A stretch of 51,756 nt of DNA, the filler included, from Bipalium vagum (lineage: Eukaryota): NCBI GenBank assembly GCA_037834085.1. It is 3 parts of 3 records of this genome, joined end to end, with 100 filler letters (N's around TTAATTAATTAA, not from the genome) between each part and the next. Parts side by side here need not be neighbours in the genome. Positions count along the whole stretch, not along the records: positions 1 to 16,701 come from JBBMKC010097410.1; 2 more parts are not named here. One strand, 5' to 3'. Position numbers and translations under genes: made by a program. The notes below the pieces were generated by a model. That model made no database searches. It saw only the letters and a list, made by a program, of their open reading frames with translations, and was not told the origin of the DNA. Positions 1 through 12,312 of this stretch are shown here, piece by piece; within the stretch, counting starts at the first letter, position 1, and each line of letters opens with the position of its first letter.

Positions 1-231
1 TATTAAAATCTATGTATATTATCATTTATATCATTCAATTAAGTGGGGTGAACAGACTTAATTAAAGGAGTGTATATTTAATTAATAATAAATATTAATT
101 ATAATTTATCACTCATCAATGTCAAGAATAGTAATTTTGTCTTTAAACCTCAACAATATCAGGTTTAGTCAATTAAAATACTAAAATATAAAAATGTAAA
201 AGCCTAAAAAATATAAAGTATAATTATTATT

Positions 232-1272
232 GTGAGTCATAAGTTCGCGGGCACTCTCATGTTTTTTAATATATTCAATTAAATTTATTAATAAATATAA
301 TTTATAGTATCATATGATATATTAAATTAAATATTAAAGATTTCTCTTTATATTGTTTTAATAATTTATTGGATAGACATTGAATAACGATTTTTTTTGA
401 ATTTTAGATAATTATGGAAAATATAGAAATTCGAATAATAAAAAATTCTTTTGGAAAAAGGCCTTTCTGCAAGAGCCTCGGTTAAAAAATATGCGATGTT
501 GAAGGCAAAGGATATGTCTCTATAACCACAGCAGCAAAGTAGTTCAAAAGGTTTGCTAAAGGGGACACAAGTCTTAAGGATCTTCCTAGGACCGGTAGGC
601 TGATATCTCTGGATTCTGAAATCTTGTGTGAAGCTGTCAATGATAATTCAAAAACAAGCACTCGTAGATTATCATCCAAACTTGGTGCTTCACAATCAAC
701 CATTATTTGCCCTCTCCACAAGGTCAAGAAGGCCAGCAAACGCAATGGAAAGTAATGTTGTCTTTTTGGTAGAATTATAAAGGTATTATAGACTTTGAAG
801 TCCTTCCCAACAACATATCTCTCAGTGCTGAACTATATTCCACCTAACTAGAGAAAATGCATGCTGCTTTATCTTTACAATACCCGGATTTAGTCAATCG
901 AAAGCGGGTTCTCCTTTAACTGGATAATGCAACACCGCATACTTCATCAACAACCAGGAAAGAAATTCAGGAGCTCGAACTCATTGAACCTCTTCCAAAT
1001 CCTGCATACTCACCAGAATTGGCATCACCTGATTTTTATCTATTCAGATCCATGGAACATTTCTTGAATGGAAGAAGCTTCGCGAGTATTGAGAAACTGG
1101 AAATGGGGTGTCGCTAGTTTTCGACTCAAAACCGAAGGAATGCTATTGTCGTAGAATTAAAGAACTCGCATAACGTTGGGTTAAATGTGTTGTGTATATT
1201 TTAAAATATAATCTAATATAATATAAAAATATAATATATAATATTAAAAGTTTCCGCGAACTTATAACTCAC
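232..1272 (+). mobile_element. Decayed mariner-family DNA transposon (internally deleted, stops/frameshifts)
   Basis: Inverted termini GTGAGTCATAAGTTCGCGG (232-250) and CCGCGAACTTATAACTCAC (1254-1272). Plus-strand remnants include LKDLPRTGR, KVMLSFW and LDNATPH...PAYSPELASPDFYLFRSMEHFL, the mariner YSPDLAPSD motif. The D-D spacing counted here is 35. Confidence 0.9.
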
Positions 1273-3341
1273 CCTGCTAATATAAGGTTAGCACAAAAAT
1301 ATAACAATAAAATTGAAAAAAGTTGATTATATTTTACATTATTGAATGTAAAACTGATTTTCTGTTAAAAATAAATGAAGTTGCAAAAAAGGTCATTGTT
1401 GTCATTGATTGCGTATCTGAACCTTCCTGAAATTGTTTAATTGTGGTAATGTGCTATTCACCTGTTTAAACTTCTTTTTAAAAGCAAAATTGAAGAATAT
1501 TGTGAAAGTCATTAAAGTTATAACTTATTAAAATTCAATTGAAGAAAATTTATCAGATCATTAGTTTTAGGCTAAGTTGATTCATTTGTCCATTTTTGTT
1601 TTATTATCCCAATTTAATTATGAAGGTCATAAATATATTCCATTTCAATTAATCTTTTTATTAACTTATTTTCTAATTTTATTCTAAGAATTATGACTTT
1701 ATTAGAATTATTAAAAATAAATTAAACGAGGTAAAGAATGAAAAAAATGCGATGACTTGGTGCTGCACAATGGGCGTCAGTAGGACCTCTACAATTAAAA
1801 ATTTCTCAACTGCGTGAAATTGTATGTTTGTCTTATTTAAATAATTTTTAACAACCTATTAGTAGTTAAGAATAAAGTAGACGAGGAATTTAAAATTATT
1901 TGAAAATTCTATTAAAAAAATATTGTTGATTTTGTATACGAAACGAATTTTTTTCATAGTTTGTTATATTTTAAACATTTATTTAAGACCTTATTTCTTT
2001 ATATTTATGACCTTGATAATCAAATTGAAATAATAAAACAAATCCGGATAAGGAAATGAACTTAACCTAGCTTTACTGCATAAGTTTTTGAAAAAAAAAA
2101 TTTACAATAAATATTTCGTCAGGCAATCTTCATCGATTGACTTGTCTTTTAATAAATAACTTCAAATTAAGTGCTTCGAGAATAAAATAAATTTTGTTGT
2201 TGTCCCTTCTTTTTCTTTTTTATTGTTCATTTGTTTTCACAGTGGCTAGCTGGTAAATTAAAAATGGATGTACTGTATTAAACTAAATTAATACCTAAAG
2301 ATATCTAAATCTTTGACAGTTCTAATCAAATAAAATTTGTATAAGATTTTGTTGTAAGAAATTTACAAATAAATATTTTAAAAGCGTTTTGTCAATTATT
2401 ATTTCGCTCTTTTCAATTTTATATTGTGATAGTGAAATTCAGTTATTGTGCTTTGAGCGTTCATCCATAAGTCCTATTGATCAATTTTTTTTTGTTGAGT
2501 TACTTAAAAGTCTATCATTCGATTTTTTTAACCAAATTAAACTCATATTATTTTTTAGGAACTTAACAGTTGTTTGCAACAGAAGGAGAACACTTTGTTT
2601 GAGCCTAAGAAGTAAACGTTATTTGATTAAATAAAAGAAAGTGTTAATTGTACTGAAGACTAAAATAAGGCACATTATGAACTTTTCGTTGGGATTAAGT
2701 TCGGATTTCTCATCATATGAATATCTCTGAGAAACCGCAAGGGCTCAGCTGATAATTTGGAATCTCAAAAGGAGTTATCTCGTAAGATATTTTTCTTTCA
2801 TTATCTGTTTTTTTTCTTTTATTTATAAATTTAACATTTAATTTTTGATTCAGTGATTTTTGATAATTATCATTGAATTATTATATTTGATTGTTGTGTT
2901 TTGTTAACATTTGATTATTTGACAGATTGTACTAATGTTTGGTTAAATAAATTGGTGATCATTCATTTTATTCTCATACATATTTGTGAATTTAGTAGCT
3001 GCTATTATTGTTATTTAGAATCTTTTTGACGATTTGATATTGTTATCGTTGTTATCCTGCGTATACTATTTGTACATTGTGATATAAATAAACGTTATTG
3101 CTTTACTGATTGTTGAAAATTATTGAAATAAGTATACAAATATTAGTTATGAGCTCGGAGAAACAAGTTTTGTTACTAATCTGTCCCACAATTCAAAATA
3201 AAGGTACTTGATATTGTTAGTTTATAATTTTAATATTTATAATAATCGGTCATAAAAGAAACATCAAATTTTGGTCTTAACTTTTTATATTCCATAGTAA
3301 CAAGTTCGTGTTAATTTATAATTTATTAATTTTTGAATATA

Positions 3342-3572
3342 CAGTCTCCGTCAAGTCTTTGGCCACTCTTAAAATTCTAGAAAAATCATTTATATGATTT
3401 TAGTCATTAACGATAAGCGATCACTAATATTTTTAGGAGATAACAATGGTTTTTTGGAAGGTAATCATTAATCAAAATTTATCAATAAAAAAATAAATAA
3501 CTAAAGAATAAATAACTAAAAGATAAACTAGGCTTTTTTTACATGGTGGCCAAAGACTTTTGGCGGGGACTG
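3342..3572. mobile_element. Tc1/mariner-type MITE (~231 bp)
   Basis: TA|CAGTCTCCGTCAAGTCTTTGGCCAC ... GTGGCCAAAGACTTTTGGCGGGGACTG|TA: ~26-bp imperfect TIRs starting CAGT, TA target duplication, no coding capacity. Confidence 0.85.
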
Positions 3573-3676
3573 TATATTTTATTTTCAGTATCCAATCGAT
3601 TTCAATAATTAGTAAAGTTAACTTTTAAAAATAAAATAAAATTGAGAGTTTAATAAATAATTTTTAAAAATATTAC

Positions 3677-3813
3677 CCATTATGGTTTTTAGCCATAATA
3701 CACTGTTCTGTGAGACAAACGCAATTTGGACCATCATGGTTAATTCCAAGACTGTGCGATATTTCATGTGCCATTGCGATTGCAGTCTCCAATGCATTTT
3801 TTGCAAAGTAATC
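3677..3813 (-). CDS. ADAM/reprolysin (M12B) metalloprotease, zinc-binding exon
   Basis: aag|[45 protein letters not shown](G)|gtaat. Contains the HExxHxxGxxHD metzincin motif plus the CIM Met-turn. Phase 0 in, phase 2 out. Confidence 0.9.
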
Positions 3814-4535
3814 CTTAATACTTTTCATTAATTTATCTTTATTAAAAGTGAAAAATGAAAAATATTTATGCTTTTTTTTCAAAATGGGATGATTCTTTAC
3901 TGAACGTAACCTACGTTTTTATGAACATTTTCATAAGGTTTTTCTCGGTCTTATTGCTATTAACTTTTATAATCATCCATTCAAAGATTGTTAGATCAGA
4001 AAGCGGTCTAAAACAGGTTTTGTAAAGTGTATAGAGAATTGTCAGTGACCTGTTTTTGGAATTTGGTAAATGGGAGTATAATAATAAAGACGATCCCAAG
4101 ATTGAAGATGGGAAGTTTATGATGCACAAAAACTCCAGTCTTAAAAGGCAATGAATTTTACCGGTAACCATTAAAAACCTCGATATTCAGCCTATGAAAC
4201 CTGGTGAAACAATAAGTTCAGATGCTTATTTTACTCATTTATACGGACTAAAGGGAGAAGTAAAAAAATACTTAACAAACATTGTTTAATAGAAATAGTA
4301 ATTCTCCAAATTTATATTAAAAAAAAGAATCAAGAAAAAGCAAAATAGTTCTTCTTTAGCCTCCATGCAAAGTGGATATTTAGACTTGGGAACTGTCACC
4401 TGTTCTCTCAGATGACATATTATATATCCCAGTCGGAAAATTAGATTTTTTGAACCCCTAATGTTGTTCCTCTCAAGCTTTTGGAACAAGAAATGGTATT
4501 CTTCATTATTCTGTCTAAACATTAGAAAGACTCAC

Positions 4536-4617
4536 CGAAATGATGGCCACAGATTTTTTAAAATGACACATTCCTCCCATGTATGTTTTACCGGAATAAG
4601 AACCAAAAGGCAGACCA
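4536..4617 (-). CDS. ADAM metalloprotease catalytic-domain exon
   Basis: ttttag|(S)GLPFGSYSGKTYMGGMCHFKKSVAIIS|gtgag. Matches the reprolysin GxAYxGGMC...SxG segment. Phase 2 in and phase 0 out, fitting both neighbours. Confidence 0.88.
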
Positions 4618-5512
4618 CTAAAATAAAAATAAACCATCAATAAAATATTGAACTAATATTTTTATTATGAACAAAACAGTAGTGATAACAACTGAAAAGG
4701 TGCTCATTTAGAACGTTCTTCAAAGGGTTTCTTCCTAAATTTACAAATAATTTTTTATGTAAAAATTGTGGTTAACATTTAGAAGACCGAGGTCGTCACG
4801 AAGAAAAACTGTAGTACGTAAATTTAGAAGTAGAGTATCAATTTTTAAAAAAATTTATGATTTCTCCTTATTCGGCATGTGTAATGTTAGTGCAATTTTT
4901 AGCTTTTATCACCACTTCAATTTTTATTAATCAAAAAATTGTTCTTAAAGGACCAGAGGCGTCAATTGATGAAAATTTTATATATCTTCTTACAAATAAA
5001 AAGACTTTCAAAATACGCTCCCAGTTGAGTTTCTCACAAGTTTATTTAATTTTAAATAATTACTTCTTTTTTTATTCATAAAAGGATAATTTAAATAAAA
5101 CTTTTTCATTGATTTCCTAAACGAGTTTATTTATTTCGTTCCAAAACATTTTTTCGTAATTTTTCAGAATTTAATTTAATTAAAGTTTATAAATAATTTC
5201 CATTGAAAGCAACTGAATAAATATTATTACCATTATTTTCTCCAAATTATTTATTTATTATTTATAAACTTAATTGCCTGAAAAAAAATAGAATAATTTT
5301 TTACCCTTTTATTTTGTTTTGAAAATTTATTTTAAAAAAAAGATTATTTGAAAAATTAATTTTAATATTTCCAATAATTTTGTTATTTAATTTTTCCTGA
5401 GAAGGGGAAATTGATAAAATATATTGATTAGAATTATTTTTCATTTTAGATGGGATCAATAAAAATCTACTGAGATAATCTATGTATTTATTTTACAATA
5501 AAATTTTCCAAC

Positions 5513-5679
5513 CTTATTAAGTGCAAAATATCGTGTTTAATATGAGAAACATTTAATTGTCGATATCGACTGATTCTGTACAATGCATTGTCAATATTCT
5601 GCAGATCATTCTCCAGTGTAACTTCCGGATCGAAAGCCAACTTCACCGGGTAGACGGTTATCATTAACTGTTTGAATAA
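5513..5679 (-). CDS. ADAM metalloprotease catalytic-domain exon
   Basis: tacag|LFKQLMITVYPVKLAFD...ALYRISRYRQLNVSHIKHDILHLI(S)|gttgg. Has an HDxAxLI-like motif. Phase 0 in, phase 2 out. Confidence 0.85.
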
Positions 5680-7075
5680 CTGTAACAAATTAAGTAAAAT
5701 ATTATTAATATCATTTTTATTTTTTTTAATATCATTTATGATTTCTTTTAGAGAAATAATCAATAATCATCTTTTTTACATTAAACTTAATAATATTTTT
5801 TTGTCTTCAAAGCAGTTTTTAAATATTTTTATTTTTGGATCATAGCCAAAGATTATTATTTATAAATAAATTAATTATTTAAAATTATTAAATTATTATT
5901 TATTAAAAATAAAATAAATATAAAAAATATAATTTCATCATAATATCATATTAATAAAAATTTCAGGTGAATTATTTCTCCAAAGTTTGGACTTTTTCAA
6001 TGTAATTTATTATTGAATTTATTTATTAATATACGATTTTATTATACGACCTCATCAGATGTTGATGAAGTGGTCATATTGAAGTGGGTAGGAAGTGAGC
6101 GAAAACCATTTTCCATTGAGAAATCAATCAATTTCAGAAAATGGTAAAATCTTTCTGTATTGTAATTTTGAATGTTTTATATTATTTACTGAATTATTAA
6201 AATATAAAATATTGTCAATAATATAATTAATTTCACTCATTTTTCATCTTTTAGTGATTGAATATTAAAAAAAAATTAACGCTGAAAAGAGAGCCCAGAC
6301 TCAAAAACTGAATTAAGATATTTTTTGATTTTTTTCAAAATTGTGAAGGAATAATATTTTTTGTTTATTTAAATACGAAATGGGAATAGATGTAAATATT
6401 AATTTTTTTATTAATGAAGAATATTTAACGCTTATCTAATTTTTATTTTAAGGACACGCTTAAAGTCCATTCGGAAGTATAAAGCAGAATGTAGGCGTTA
6501 AAACAAATAAAAATTTATCAATTTATCAATGCACATGAATCCTTTTTATATATCATTGTAGATAAATCTTTGGAAAGATATAAATATTTTATAAATATCT
6601 GGCAAATGTTATGGAGAAATCGATTAGTTTATTTCAATGCTTGGATCTATGAAAATAGAAAATTCAATGAGCTCAATTCAATGCCTTAATTATTGGTATC
6701 AATTCTATCAATAAAATAATTTCATCGAATATCAAAACAAAAAATAACGAATTTGTCTGTAAAAAAAAGTAACCGTTTTCGACTTCATTTCAGACTGTCT
6801 CAGCACCTCATTACTCATTGAAAATCAAAAAGGTTCGGAACTTCAGTGCAAACCTTGAAGTAATTTTAAATCACGATCCAACAATAATAGCGTTCAATAT
6901 ACATAACTTCCCTCAATATGTAAACATTAACTCAGTAAATTTTCTCTTCTATTTAGTCTTTTATCCTTCAACCTGTAAACTTTCTTTGTAACTTCAAATA
7001 CACAGTTGTAGAAATTTGTTATATATATTGGTAATAATAATACCAGAGATTACATCACTGATATTGAAACTTGTA

Positions 7076-7080
<5 letters not shown>

Positions 7081-7141
<61 letters not shown>
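7081..7141. repeat. (ATT)n microsatellite, ~20 units
   Basis: Perfect trinucleotide run seen directly. Confidence 0.95.
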
Positions 7142-7142
<1 letters not shown>

Positions 7143-7464
7143 TTGAATTTACAAATTTTTTGAAAAAATAGAATAAATTTTAAAATGTTATTCTTATTAT
7201 ATATTTTTTTATTAATTTAATTCTTTAAAGATAACTTTCATTTTATTCTGTTAAACATCATTTGGGTTTACTTTAAAAGAAGGTTCATGAACACAATTAA
7301 CAATAAATATTTTCACATTTTTTGGAAAATTAGATAAATTTCACAATGGAAAATTATGTTGATTATGATTATTTACACGATATTAAGGAAGATATTAAAT
7401 AAATGATAATATTATTTTAATAAAAATACTCTAAAACCTGACAGGGTAAAATTACGTTGCATAC

Positions 7465-7533
7465 CATATTCAGATATCCAATGACTTCAGAAATATAATT
7501 TACTGAATTTTCTTCATTAATATATTTTTCAAC
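7465..7533 (-). CDS. ADAM metalloprotease catalytic-domain exon (69 nt)
   Basis: tttcag|VEKYINEENSVNYISEVIGYLNM|gtatg. Phase 0/0. Supplies the helix expected between ELYLVAD and the next exon. Confidence 0.8.
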
Positions 7534-7659
7534 CTGAAATTGAACAATGGAAAATGTAATGAAATCACAGATTAAAAAATTAATAGTTTTACAATTCCAA
7601 TTATATGCTTTAACATATTAAGTAAAGCAAGTAGTTTTTTGAAAAATTTAATTGATTAT

Positions 7660-7900
7660 TAATTATGGGATTTGATTCGATATCTCCTCGCAACATGTCA
7701 TCATCCACTTCAGGCTCTTGATCTTGGTTTGTGCGCCAAATCAAAATTACCATCTGCAGTTTTTAAATCAATCCTTTCATTGACACACAATAATTGCCTT
7801 TGTATATATTGCGTAGATGTTTATGGTCGTAACCGTTACGTTGAAATCGCTCTTAAGATGAAATAGCATCAGTGCCGAATATGCACCTTTGTAAAATCCA
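7660..7900 (-). mobile_element. Mariner transposase N-terminal (HTH) remnant
   Basis: Minus-strand pieces read VHIRH...NVTVTTINIYAIY...GNFDLAHKPRS...EVDDDMLRGDIESNP, typical of a mariner N-terminus. Frameshifted; boundaries approximate. Confidence 0.65.
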
Positions 7901-8011
7901 TAATTTTAGACTAGAAATTTTATAGTTATTAGAATACATTTAATAAATATTTAAAGATCATCAGCTTATAAAATTATTATTATAAATTCAAATAATTACA
8001 AATTACTTATA

Positions 8012-8562
8012 CAAGGTGGCTCAAAAGTAACGTACTGATTTTAAACAATGATATAACACAAATGTTCAAGACAATTATTTATTTCGAGTTGGATACATAA
8101 ACAATAAGTTATAGAGATTTGTTATGCAATTTCTGAAAATTACATCATTTAAATGACCACCATTTGTGCCCTTTTTACAGAGTTCTCCAGGATATCAGCC
8201 AATCTTTCGGATTTATGGCATTAATTTCATCACGAATATTGTTTTTAATTTTTGGATGGACTATTGATTATAAACATGAACTTTCTCCTCCAGATATCTC
8301 CAAAGAAAATAATCTGGAGCTGATAAATTTGGTGAAAGAATGTTGAGTTTCTTGAAAATATCCATTTATCGAAAATCTCAAGTAAGATTTTTTATTTTGA
8401 AAATATAGTTCTACTGTTGTCGTTCTCTGATAAATTGGATATCTATTTGACATTAATTTCCTGGATTCCATTTTTATGTCTAAAATAATTTAAAAAGAAA
8501 TCAATTTTAAATTGATTTTTTATGAATTTTTAAGATCAGTAATTTACTTTTGCGCCACGTTG
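8012..8562 (-). mobile_element. Internally deleted IS630-Tc1-mariner element (~551 bp)
   Basis: TA|CAAGGTGGCTCAAAAGTAACGTACTGATTTTAAA ... TTTAAGATCAGTAATTTACTTTTGCGCCACGTTG|TA, ~34-bp TIRs. The minus-strand ORF 8268-8471 (RYPIYQRTTTVELYF) resembles a transposase N-terminus. Confidence 0.85.
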
Positions 8563-9899
8563 TAATAATTAAACAAACATTCAAATATGATATTAAAATT
8601 CGCCAATAATCATTTTTAACCTGATAATAAAAAGTTTTAAACTTTTCAGGAGATTGACTTGAAATGAACTTAAACTTTGATATTTTTGAATAATTAATCC
8701 ACTAAATAGCGTACCCAATTTTAATGAATATTAATACTTATCCACTCTTGATAAGTTATACAGAAATATATCTTGTTCTGACTATCAATTGATATCTCGA
8801 AATCTTTGTCCCTGTGTTGATATCTTTTAATTAATTTCCTGGCGTGATTACAACTTAAGTATACGACAAAACAAAACAAATAAGACTTATTTATCGTGAA
8901 GGAGTCTTAGGTTTCTTGCTCACCCAAATACATATTTACTTGAAAGAACGTTAAAAACAGTATTTCTCTAATTACTACAACATTCTTTTTATTATATAAC
9001 TGAAAAAAAAGAAAATTGATGTCACACAACTTGTTCATTAATGGAAAATTAATTACAATTTTCGACTTGAAAAACGTTCTACAATTATTGGATAATGTTA
9101 TTTGAGATTTACAAACGAGACTATAATGTAAAAACGTTTAATAAATAATAATATTATCTTAATAAAATTAAATTCCATCATAATTTCGTGAAATTTTAAT
9201 TTAGAAATTATTTGTTGGTCAGATTTACCCATGTCGGACCTACCGTGTACTTTGAATGTTTAAGCTTTTACGTACTTTCAGGTACTGATATTGCTTTAAA
9301 AATTGTAATTTTTGAGTATAAGAGAAGATTCCTTCTGTTTAGCGACATAAAATTGACATGCTTCTTGAACGGCTTAAGATAAATAAGACTAAGAATAAAT
9401 TAAAAATGAAAGCAGCATTCAATTGAAGAATAAACACTGCGAAACGTATATTGGAGAGTAAGACCACAAATAAAAGCGGAAAACGTCTAAGTGTTCGTAT
9501 GATGTTCATGGAAGATGAGTTTGTGAAGGTGTTTAGTAAAAAATGTGTCAGAAGATTTCTGATACTTTAAAATATTTTACGCCGCTTAATTGAAGTATTA
9601 CCAATAGAGATTTTCCTATAATGTTTCGAGATCTTTAGAAGCATATTATTAGATCTTTTAATAATGTTGACTTGATTGATTGACATTTCATTCTCTGGAT
9701 TTTTCCGTTTGCTTTCGTACTTTATGCTAGAATACAGTTTTTTGCGATTTTAATAAATCCTTTCCCAGATATATTCAACTTTCGGTGTTTCGAAAACTTT
9801 TTCAAAAAGATAAAATGATTAATATTTTACTGCAAAATTTATTTAGGTATCTTCAATATTTTTGGTAGAGTAAGTATTTTTAGCCTTACCATTGAATTC

Positions 9900-10097
9900 T
9901 AATGGAAGTTTCCAATTTCTTCTTCAGTACGAAAAAAGATTTTTATGAAAATGGAATTACCAAGGTGCAGAATCATTGGGATAAAGTCACACAATGTGAT
10001 CGATCATATGTTAATGAATAAATATATCTAAAATTAAAAATTTTGACTCTCACTTTTTTAAAAAATGATCGGCAAGAACTTATTTGAACACCTAATA
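9900..10097 (+). mobile_element. Mariner 3' end fragment
   Basis: EVSNFFFSTKKDFYENGITKVQNHWDKVTQCDRSYVNE* (mariner C-terminus), followed by the TIR-like GGCAAGAACTTATTTGAACACCTAATA. Confidence 0.75.
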
Positions 10098-11657
10098 GAT
10101 AGGGTTTTCCTTTAAATCAATTATGAGAAGGCATACCGTAATGGGTGCGTTTGACCAGAAAACTGGGAAAACCTTATTGCCAATATTCTACTTTCATACC
10201 AGAACAAAACTCGAGTTCTGGTATGAAATAATTTTAAATTTAGACATGTAAAAAAATTTTTTTTACACTGATCCAGATCACAAAACATGATTTTTCGACA
10301 ACTAACAACTTACCCGTATGCTTTGAACTTAATCTTCAAAGTCGGACAGGATCATAAATATTAACTGTTACATTCAACAGGCAAAGATAATAAATCACGA
10401 AAATATAATATAATTCACATGAAATAGAAATATTAATATATTTGAAGATCCCAGAAAATTATTAATCGATTTAGCTGAGAAAATTACAAAAATTAGAACT
10501 TCAAGATAACATTAAATATCTTCTTTGGTCTTCACCAGTGAATTTAATTATGTATAAGAAATTCCATAATTAATATTGAATATATTTTTTCAGTGGACCT
10601 AATTAAGCGTTCAGATCTCATAAAAACGACGACGTTCTTATGGAAACCCAACTGATCTTGACATCAAGGAAAAGGGTTAAAGATTTTAACCAAATTAGCA
10701 GACGTTAATGTAGATCAGATAATGTACGCATAAAATCGGCTGTAAAAATAAAGAATGTAACAATTAATCAAATTAATAATAATTTGATAATAATTTTACT
10801 AAAAATGATAATTATTATAATTATTAATAAAATCATTAAAATAACAAAAATTTATTAAATTTATTAATTTATCGATTTATTATAATTGCAATTTTTTAAA
10901 ATTAAAAAATAATTTTCCGATACAAAGTTTTGTTTTGTCGGCAGAAGAAAAGCTTTGAAATGAATACAGCGCCGTATATGTGGATATTAATTATTTTATA
11001 ATCATTTCTTAATATCAGCTTTAAGACAGTTTTCTGAATGGGTTAATTATAAAAACCAATTATAAAATATAAAAAGGGATAAATAAATGAGGATAAATGG
11101 AAAAATCTCAATTTTTGCAGCAGAATTTTCTCTCGAATACCAATAATTTTATTTGTGTATCTCTTAGACATGAAATTTTTTCAATAAATTTAATTTTCCT
11201 TGGCCAAACGTCCGTGTTTTAATCAACTTTTTTCCTTTTGTATTTTAAAATCCCTTCATATAATTGGTCAAAATCGAACTTTTATAAATATATCAATATT
11301 ACTACAGATTTGGTTAAGCAACATAAAATATTTAAAAATAATTTTATGATTTTTAATACATTCAATATAATATAATTTTTATTTATTTATTTTTAACAGA
11401 TATATTATTGAATATTATTTTTACATTGTGTAAATGAATATTATTTGCATTGGTAAGAATAAAAATATTTATTTTTTAATATTGCTATGATTAATTTCTG
11501 TGAAAAAATTTGATTATTTGAGGAAGTTTTTATGCATAATATTAATTATTATCAAAAAATATTTTCACAAAGTTTGAGAATAAATAAAACGTATTTTTAC
11601 ATAAAACCCTACAAGAAGAAAAAATACTTTAATTAAGAATAATTAAAAATTTCTTAC

Positions 11658-11750
11658 CAGGCTTTTATCTGCAACCAGATATAATTCTATATTTCTTTGA
11701 GGCAAATCCAAAATTGAATTATTAAATAATGTATACATCATCTTATCAAC
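11658..11750 (-). CDS. ADAM metalloprotease exon, pro-domain/catalytic junction
   Basis: ttatag|VDKMMYTLFNNSILDLPQRNIELYLVADKSL|gtaag. Carries the classic reprolysin start (R)xxELxLVAD. Phase 0/0. Confidence 0.9.
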
Positions 11751-12312
11751 CTATAATTTAATAATAAATAGTAATAAATATTTTTCGTATTTTTATAATC
11801 GATTTTTATAAGATAATTTTAAAATTCTTCAATTCTTTTCTTAAATTCTTAAAATTAATCAAAGCCATATAAAATATAATTTATTAATTATTGATTGATA
11901 ATTGATTTATCGAAAATTATAGATCGTTCATTAATTTTTAAAAAATAATATTTTCAATAGATATTTTTCTTTACGTAATATATATTTTCTTTTCTTTTCT
12001 TATAGTTATAATGATGGAAGTAATTAAAACATAAATTCCGAAAAAAATTATTTATTTTTGTTAATTGTACTTTACTAATATATTGAACTGTCTCGGGGAC
12101 TATTCTAAGGTTTTGAATTAAATCCATTTATAATGCAAAATATATATCTTAAATCAACACTGTCATATAAGATATACAAGATCAGTTCAAGGTTCCAACC
12201 TAGTAAAACATTTTGTTTTTGCTTGCCAATATTAGCTACGATCTGAACAATTTCATAACCTTTCATTACATAACCTTTTAATGTTTCATTAAAACTAATA
12301 AAAATGATAATA

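Noticed and set aside
2480-2604. Candidate next ADAM exon (ttcttag|..KVFSFCCKQLL..FLKNN) after the zinc-binding exon
   Set aside because: It resembles the expected FSxCS helix but is out of phase with the 3677 donor and would need two further frameshifts. Not supportable without transcripts.
1766-3300. Transib-like element starting CACAATGGG
   Set aside because: No convincing matching right terminus, TSD or transposase motif.
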